Assembly (NCBI GenBank): GCA_963716395.1
Contig: OY970309.1
Span: 448,001-512,000, forward strand
Direction: 5' to 3'
From: an uncultured Fibrobacteria bacterium
GTDB taxonomy: Bacteria; Fibrobacterota; Fibrobacteria; UBA11236
DNA length: 64,000 bases
Shown: piece after piece, positions 59,157 to 64,000 of the stretch
Position numbering within the stretch: the first letter of the stretch is position 1
Layout: the number at the start of each line of letters is the position of its first letter
Position numbers and translations under genes: made by a program
The notes under the pieces: model-generated
What the model saw: only the letters and a program-made list of their open reading frames with translations
Databases searched by the model: none
What the model was told of the DNA's origin: nothing

Positions 59157-60491
59157 ATGAGCGCTTTGGCGGGGCCGCGTAAGGCGGCCCATCTGGCTTT
59201 TTTCGCGCCCGCGTTTTTGCTTCCTTACACGACGCCGGGACTGGCGCTGACGGCGGCTCTTTTCCTGATTCCCCTCAATGCCTGGGGACTGCCGCGGCTG
59301 CTGCCGGTATTGTTCCCGCCCCATCGCGGCGGCGGCGGAAGGCTCGAAGCCGTGCATTACCCCATGGCGCTGGCCGCCTGCCTGCTGGCCGCGGCGCTGC
59401 GTCCTTCGTCCCCGCCGGGATTCCGCTGGTACCTGGTTCCGGCCGCCGCCTGGTACGCTCTGGCCGTGCTCGACGGCCTCTTGGGACCGGCCCACGCCCT
59501 CTTCGCCCAGGCCGGTCGGCTGCCCTGGAACCCGCACAAAACCTGGACCGGGTGGGCCGTCGGTAGCGTTACCGCCGCGTTACCTGCGGTGGCGCTGTGG
59601 CGCGCCTTTGTGTCGCCGGCGGAGTGGTGGCTGCCCGCCCTGGCCTGCGCCGTTTTGGGCCTGGTGGAATCGGTCTGGTTCCGGGTCGACGATAATTTCA
59701 CCGTGCCTTTCGCGGCCATGCTGGGGATGGTGCTGGTGCCGTCGACGCTGGCGCCTTCGGACTTTTGGCTCCGGTTGGCGGCCGACGGACCTTGGCTGCT
59801 CTTGCCGCTCGGAGGTGGAATTCTAGCCCTGGCCGGTCGCAAACTCACGGCCGGCGGCGCCGTTTGCGGCGGACTATGCTCCGTGCTTCTGATCACGGCG
59901 CAGCCGGGCCTCTTCGCCTTCGTGGCCCTATTGTTCGGTTTGGGGGTAGGAGCCACGCGGTTTCGATTGGCGACCAAACAGCGGCGGGGTCTGGCACAGG
60001 GCGATCACGGCCGGCGCGGGGCCGCCGAGGTATTCGGATCCATCGGAATGGCGACTTGGATGACGACGGGTTTTTTTGCCGGCGCGGGGGCGGTTTGGCC
60101 GGCGCGGGCCTGGCTGGTATGCGCCGCGCCTCTGGTAGCCAAAACCATGGACACGGTCTCTTCCGAAATCGGCAAAGCCCTGGGGGGCCCCACCATTCAG
60201 TTATGGCCGCCGCGTCGATGCGCACCCGGCACGGCCGGCGGCGTTTCCCCGGCCGGCATTTTCGCCGGGTTGATCGCAGCCGGAATCTGCGCGGCGCTGA
60301 TTCTGCCCCTGCATTGGGGCCATGCTCCGCAGTGGTGGACGCTGCTGGCCATCGCCTTCATCGCCAACGCGGTCGAGTCGGTATATGGATCGTGGGTGCG
60401 GCGGCGGGGTTGGGAAGACGGCGTGCACGCCAATCTCCTGTTGACTTTGACGGCCGCCGCTTTGGCTTATTTGACCTTCTTCGTCCTTTGA
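59157..60491 (+). CDS. Membrane protein: phytol/dolichol-kinase-like N-terminus plus DUF92
   Basis: RKAAH, LPWNPHKTWTG, DDNFTVP; then LTAGG, G.RGAAEV, DTVSSEIG, GTAGGVS. Confidence 0.75.
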   Translation: MSALAGPRKAAHLAFFAPAFLLPYTTPGLALTAALFLIPLNAWGLPRLLPVLFPPHRGGGGRLEAVHYPMALAACLLAAALRPSSPPGFRWYLVPAAAWYALAVLDGLLGPAHALFAQAGRLPWNPHKTWTGWAVGSVTAALPAVALWRAFVSPAEWWLPALACAVLGLVESVWFRVDDNFTVPFAAMLGMVLVPSTLAPSDFWLRLAADGPWLLLPLGGGILALAGRKLTAGGAVCGGLCSVLLITAQPGLFAFVALLFGLGVGATRFRLATKQRRGLAQGDHGRRGAAEVFGSIGMATWMTTGFFAGAGAVWPARAWLVCAAPLVAKTMDTVSSEIGKALGGPTIQLWPPRRCAPGTAGGVSPAGIFAGLIAAGICAALILPLHWGHAPQWWTLLAIAFIANAVESVYGSWVRRRGWEDGVHANLLLTLTAAALAYLTFFVL

Positions 60492-60559
60492 CCGCGGGGG
60501 TTTTGCCGGGTCAAGCTTGCAAGGTCAAAGGCAAGGTCGAAGCAAGGTTAAAGGAAGAG

Positions 60560-60745
60560 TCAGGTGAACCACTCTCCGCGGGACCACCAGGCGGCCCAGC
60601 CCACGGCATTGCAGAAGCCGTAAAACGAAGTCCACAACAAAAATCCCAATAAAGCGGTGGCGCCTTCGGCCATGGCCCAGGCGCAAGCAGCGGCCGCGCC
60701 AAGGCCGTAGAGAACCAACACTCCGATAAATTGCGGCAAGGTCAT
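60560..60745 (-). CDS. Small two-TM membrane protein (61 aa)
   Basis: GGAG RBS 6 nt before ATG; two hydrophobic segments; fills the gap between larger genes. Confidence 0.5.
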   Translation of the reverse strand: MTLPQFIGVLVLYGLGAAAACAWAMAEGATALLGFLLWTSFYGFCNAVGWAAWWSRGEWFT

Positions 60746-60965
60746 AAAATTCTCCGTTTAAAAAATTTCCCCTGAAACTAAGGAAAAAAATTAACCAACT
60801 TTTCCGCGCTCTATCGGATCGGATGTCGATTTGCAAAATTCGGCCCGCCAGGCGCCAGGGCCGCCTCGGAGCCGGCGCATTGCTCTATGGATGCTTGCAA
60901 GCGCCTTTCTCAGGTTTGGGATGAAGAAATCCGACCCTTTGCTACTCTTCCTTGAACCTTCCATC

Positions 60966-61748
60966 ATGAGCGCGCTCACCGAATCCTTCTCCGCCCGGCT
61001 CCGGGTATTCTACGAACACGAAGGGATTGCGGTGAGCCGGTTTTCCTGTCCGCAGCGCGCGGGCTGTGAACAGGCCGCGCGTCCGCATTTTTTGAGCCAC
61101 GGCGCCGAAGCCTTTTTGGGCGCGCAGTACGGCGAAAAGACCCGGGTGGTGGTCATCGTCCTGGACGCCGAGGGAAAATCGGAAGAAGCCCAGGGGCGCA
61201 ACCCCCGCTGGCACGGCGGCGAAGACGCCTTGCCCACCTACTTACAGGGAACCTTGCGCCTGCTTCGCAAGCTGCTGGCCAAGGACTTGGGCGACGCATC
61301 GCCTCTCCCCTACTTCGCCGTCATCCATGCCGCCAAATGCTCCTTTCGCGACGGCGGCGCCGAAGCCGTTCCCGACGCGCTCTACCATGCCTGCCGACCG
61401 TTCGCGAAGCTGGAACTCACTTTGCTCCAACCCGACATCATCGTGACCCAGGGCGAACCGGCCCAACGCATTCTCGACGAGGATTTTCCCGAACGCGAGA
61501 TCGACATCGCCGGATTGCTGGCGCCGGCCAACGCCATCGGACAGGTTCCGGTTTTCGATTGGCTGACCATGGACTGGCTCGCCACGGTGGCGGCGCGCTA
61601 TCTCACCTGCGTGCGCGTGGCCGGCCGCAACGTGTTCGCCTTGCACACACCGCGGCCGGGGGGCGAGATGTGGCGCATGTTCGAGCAACTGCACCTGCCC
61701 ATTTGCGCGTGGCTGCTGCGCGAATTGCTGGGCCGCAAATCCGCGTGA
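60966..61748 (+). CDS. Uracil-DNA glycosylase-superfamily-like protein
   Basis: C....GC, AAKCS, ACRPF..LEL.LLQPDIIVTQG; catalytic motifs look altered. Confidence 0.5.
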   Translation: MSALTESFSARLRVFYEHEGIAVSRFSCPQRAGCEQAARPHFLSHGAEAFLGAQYGEKTRVVVIVLDAEGKSEEAQGRNPRWHGGEDALPTYLQGTLRLLRKLLAKDLGDASPLPYFAVIHAAKCSFRDGGAEAVPDALYHACRPFAKLELTLLQPDIIVTQGEPAQRILDEDFPEREIDIAGLLAPANAIGQVPVFDWLTMDWLATVAARYLTCVRVAGRNVFALHTPRPGGEMWRMFEQLHLPICAWLLRELLGRKSA

Positions 61749-63085
61749 ACGCTTTTCCCCTGACCGCTGTCTTCGCCGCCGCGGGCGTGATCGCGGGCGT
61801 CGTGTTGGGTTGGATTCTGGCCCGGTGGCGCGCCCCGGCAGGCCGGGCGCTCGAAGAGGAATTGCGGCGCCGTCTGGCGGAACAAGAGTCGCGGCTGCAG
61901 GCCGCGGCCACGCGCGAAAATGAGCATGTGGCGCAAACCGCCGCCGCGCAGGCCGAGCGCGATGCGGCCAAGGCCCTGCTGGCCGATCAGAAGGCAGCGC
62001 AGGAAAAGGCCCTGACGGATTTGCGCGAGAGTTTCAAGGCCTTGAGCGCCGAGGCGCTGAACCAGAACGCGCCCGTGTTTCTGCGCCTGGCCAAGGAGTC
62101 GTTCGAGAGCCTGCGGGCCTCGGCCCAGGGCGATCTCACCCAGCGGCAAGAAGCCATCTCAGGATTGCTGAAACCGCTGGAAGAGCACCTTAAAACCTAC
62201 CAGCAGCGGTTGCAGCAAAGCGAGACCGCGCAGGCGACGGTGCTGGGCGAGGTCAAACAGAAGCTGGAGACGCTCACGGTGCGCAGCGAATCGCTGGCGC
62301 AGGAAACCGAACGGTTCCGCGCCGTGTTGCAATCGAACCAGGCGCGCGGACGCTGGGGCGAAGAAACCCTGCGCCGCGTGGTCGAGGCCGCGGGCATGAG
62401 CGCGCATTGCGATTTCGCCGAACAAGCCGCGGCCGGCGACGGCCAGCCCGACATGATCGTGCGTCTGCCCGGCGACCGGGTCATCGTGGTCGACGCCAAA
62501 ACGCCGGATCTGGATTTTCTCTCCGCCGCCGAATCGGCCGATCTGGAGAAGCGCAAGCGCCTGTTGGAAGAGCATGCCGCCAAGCTCAAGCAAACCATCA
62601 AGGCGCTGGCCGCGCGCAATTACCCCGCGCAATTTTCCAATGCGCTCGATCACGTGGTGCTATTCCTGCCCGCCGAGTCGCTGTTCAGCGCCGCCCTCGA
62701 AGGCGACCGCGACCTGATCGTCTGGGCCGCGAACCGGAAGATCATGCTGGCCACGCCTGCGTCGCTGATCGCCCTGCTGCGCGCCGTCAGCCTAAGCTGG
62801 GCGCAGCAACGGCAGTCGGAGAATGCCCGCGCCATCGCCGACGCAGCCCAAACCCTGTACGAACGGGTTACGGTGCTGATCGGGCATTTCTCCAAAATCG
62901 GCGACGGCCTGGCCAAGGCCGGCGCGGCCTTCAACCAGGCCGTGGCCAGCTATGAAACGCGCGTGCGCCCCAGCGGCGAGCGGCTGGCCGAATTGCGCGA
63001 GGCCGACGGCGGCCGGGCGCTGGATCCCGTGGAGCCCGTGGCGAATGCGCTGCGCATGCCCGCTCCCGGCGGACCCGAACAATAA
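61745..63085 (+). CDS. rmuC: DNA recombination protein RmuC
   Basis: TM plus coiled coil, RGRWGE..L, PDMIVRLP, VDAK, LFLPAE, ATP.SL; GTGA overlap. Confidence 0.93.
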   Translation: MNAFPLTAVFAAAGVIAGVVLGWILARWRAPAGRALEEELRRRLAEQESRLQAAATRENEHVAQTAAAQAERDAAKALLADQKAAQEKALTDLRESFKALSAEALNQNAPVFLRLAKESFESLRASAQGDLTQRQEAISGLLKPLEEHLKTYQQRLQQSETAQATVLGEVKQKLETLTVRSESLAQETERFRAVLQSNQARGRWGEETLRRVVEAAGMSAHCDFAEQAAAGDGQPDMIVRLPGDRVIVVDAKTPDLDFLSAAESADLEKRKRLLEEHAAKLKQTIKALAARNYPAQFSNALDHVVLFLPAESLFSAALEGDRDLIVWAANRKIMLATPASLIALLRAVSLSWAQQRQSENARAIADAAQTLYERVTVLIGHFSKIGDGLAKAGAAFNQAVASYETRVRPSGERLAELREADGGRALDPVEPVANALRMPAPGGPEQ

Positions 63086-63103
63086 TACCGTGATGATCAT
63101 CAC

Positions 63104-64000
63104 ATGCCGGCGCGTCTGCATTTCAGCAATTCCCTGGAGGCGTTGGCCGACCGCCTGATCGCCGGCTTGCACGGCGGCGATCCGCTCGACGCGCCCTGCA
63201 TCGCCACGCCTTCACCCACCTTGCGCGGCTGGCTGCAATGCCGGTGGGCCGAAAGCGCCGGTGCGGCCGCCAACCTGGATTTCCAAAACCTCGAACAGCT
63301 TTTGTGGCAACTCTTGGCGGAGCGCGATCGCTTCCGGCGCGACCCCGCGCGGCAGCCGGCGCAATTGCTCGACGCCGCCAACTTCCAGGGATTGCTGATG
63401 GCCGCGCTGCGCCGCGATCCGCCGGCGCCGCTGCGCGGCTATTTGACCCCGGCCGCCGCCGAGCCCTATGACGCGGCCCGGCGTCTATGCCAGCTCTCGG
63501 GCCGGCTGGCCAGCCTGTTCCGCGAATACGAATACAGCCGCGTGGGCGAGCACGGATTCCGCGCGCTGACGGCGGCCTGGCGGCGTGGCGAAGCCTGCTT
63601 CGAACCGTATTGGCAGGGCCGCCGGCCGGCCGCGTCCGGTATCGGCGCCGAAGCCGCCCGCGCCCTGGAGCAATGGCAGCGGGCGATTTACCAAAGCCTG
63701 TTCCGCGCCGGCGGGCTGCGCGATCGCTGGGGCGAAGCCTCGGGTCTGTACCGCTACACCTTGCCGCAATATGCCGAGATGGTGCTGCAGCAAGACCCGG
63801 GAAATGCCGCCGGCCCGCGGCGATGCCATTTGTTCGGCTTGTCACATATTTCTCCGTTTCACCGCGCCTTGATCCACCGCCTCGGCGAGGCGGCGGTGGA
63901 TCAAGGCGCGGTGAACGCGGTGGAATTCGAGATCTACGCGCTCAACCCCTGCGCCGAATTCTGGGAAGACGCGTTGACCCCCCGCGAAGAGCAGGCCCGG
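63104..64000 (+). CDS. recC: Exodeoxyribonuclease V gamma subunit (5' part, runs off window)
   Basis: MPARLHFSNSLEALAD...DPL...WLQ..A...GAAANLDF...LASLFREY...WQRAIY...HLFGLS...LNPCAEFW; absent from the ORF track because no stop is reached. Confidence 0.88.
   Translation, partial: MPARLHFSNSLEALADRLIAGLHGGDPLDAPCIATPSPTLRGWLQCRWAESAGAAANLDFQNLEQLLWQLLAERDRFRRDPARQPAQLLDAANFQGLLMAALRRDPPAPLRGYLTPAAAEPYDAARRLCQLSGRLASLFREYEYSRVGEHGFRALTAAWRRGEACFEPYWQGRRPAASGIGAEAARALEQWQRAIYQSLFRAGGLRDRWGEASGLYRYTLPQYAEMVLQQDPGNAAGPRRCHLFGLSHISPFHRALIHRLGEAAVDQGAVNAVEFEIYALNPCAEFWEDALTPREEQAR

Overview
Bacterial chromosomal window. The secreted proteins with short C-terminal sorting-like tails and the paralogous OM barrel family suggest the FCB group, probably Fibrobacterota (inference only). 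(1) 1-11.7 kb is a visibly lower-GC surface-polysaccharide locus: probable ACP tail, MaoC-SDR fusion, FkbH, ABC flippase, 2OG/Fe dioxygenase, GNAT, NeuB/PseI, RmlD-like reductase, PseF, PseB, an IS5-like scar and a sulfotransferase. (2) 11.8-30.5 kb is GC-rich backbone: SLBB/Wza-like exporter, FAD/Fe-S oxidoreductase, fcl, Wzi-like protein bracketed by inverted REP-like elements, MazG-like, GT9-like, PAP2, Omp85-like barrel, sigma-70 factor, cstA, pdxJ, divergent deacetylase, miaA and a stand-alone tRNA-Ile(GAT). (3) 30.6-44.9 kb holds a secreted dihaem protein, a YCF48/BNR protein, Fpg, an SDR and a soluble signalling cluster built round a poly-HAMP hybrid kinase. (4) 45.3-55.8 kb, the most striking part, is a divergent locus of five paralogous ~450-aa outer-membrane barrel-like proteins of a family I cannot name, with secreted ThuA and DUF1080 enzymes and no SusC/SusD. 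(5) 56-64 kb: candidate structured RNA, holB, recJ, DUF92 fusion, UDG-like, rmuC and the start of recC. All calls come from reading motifs by eye; no searches were run.
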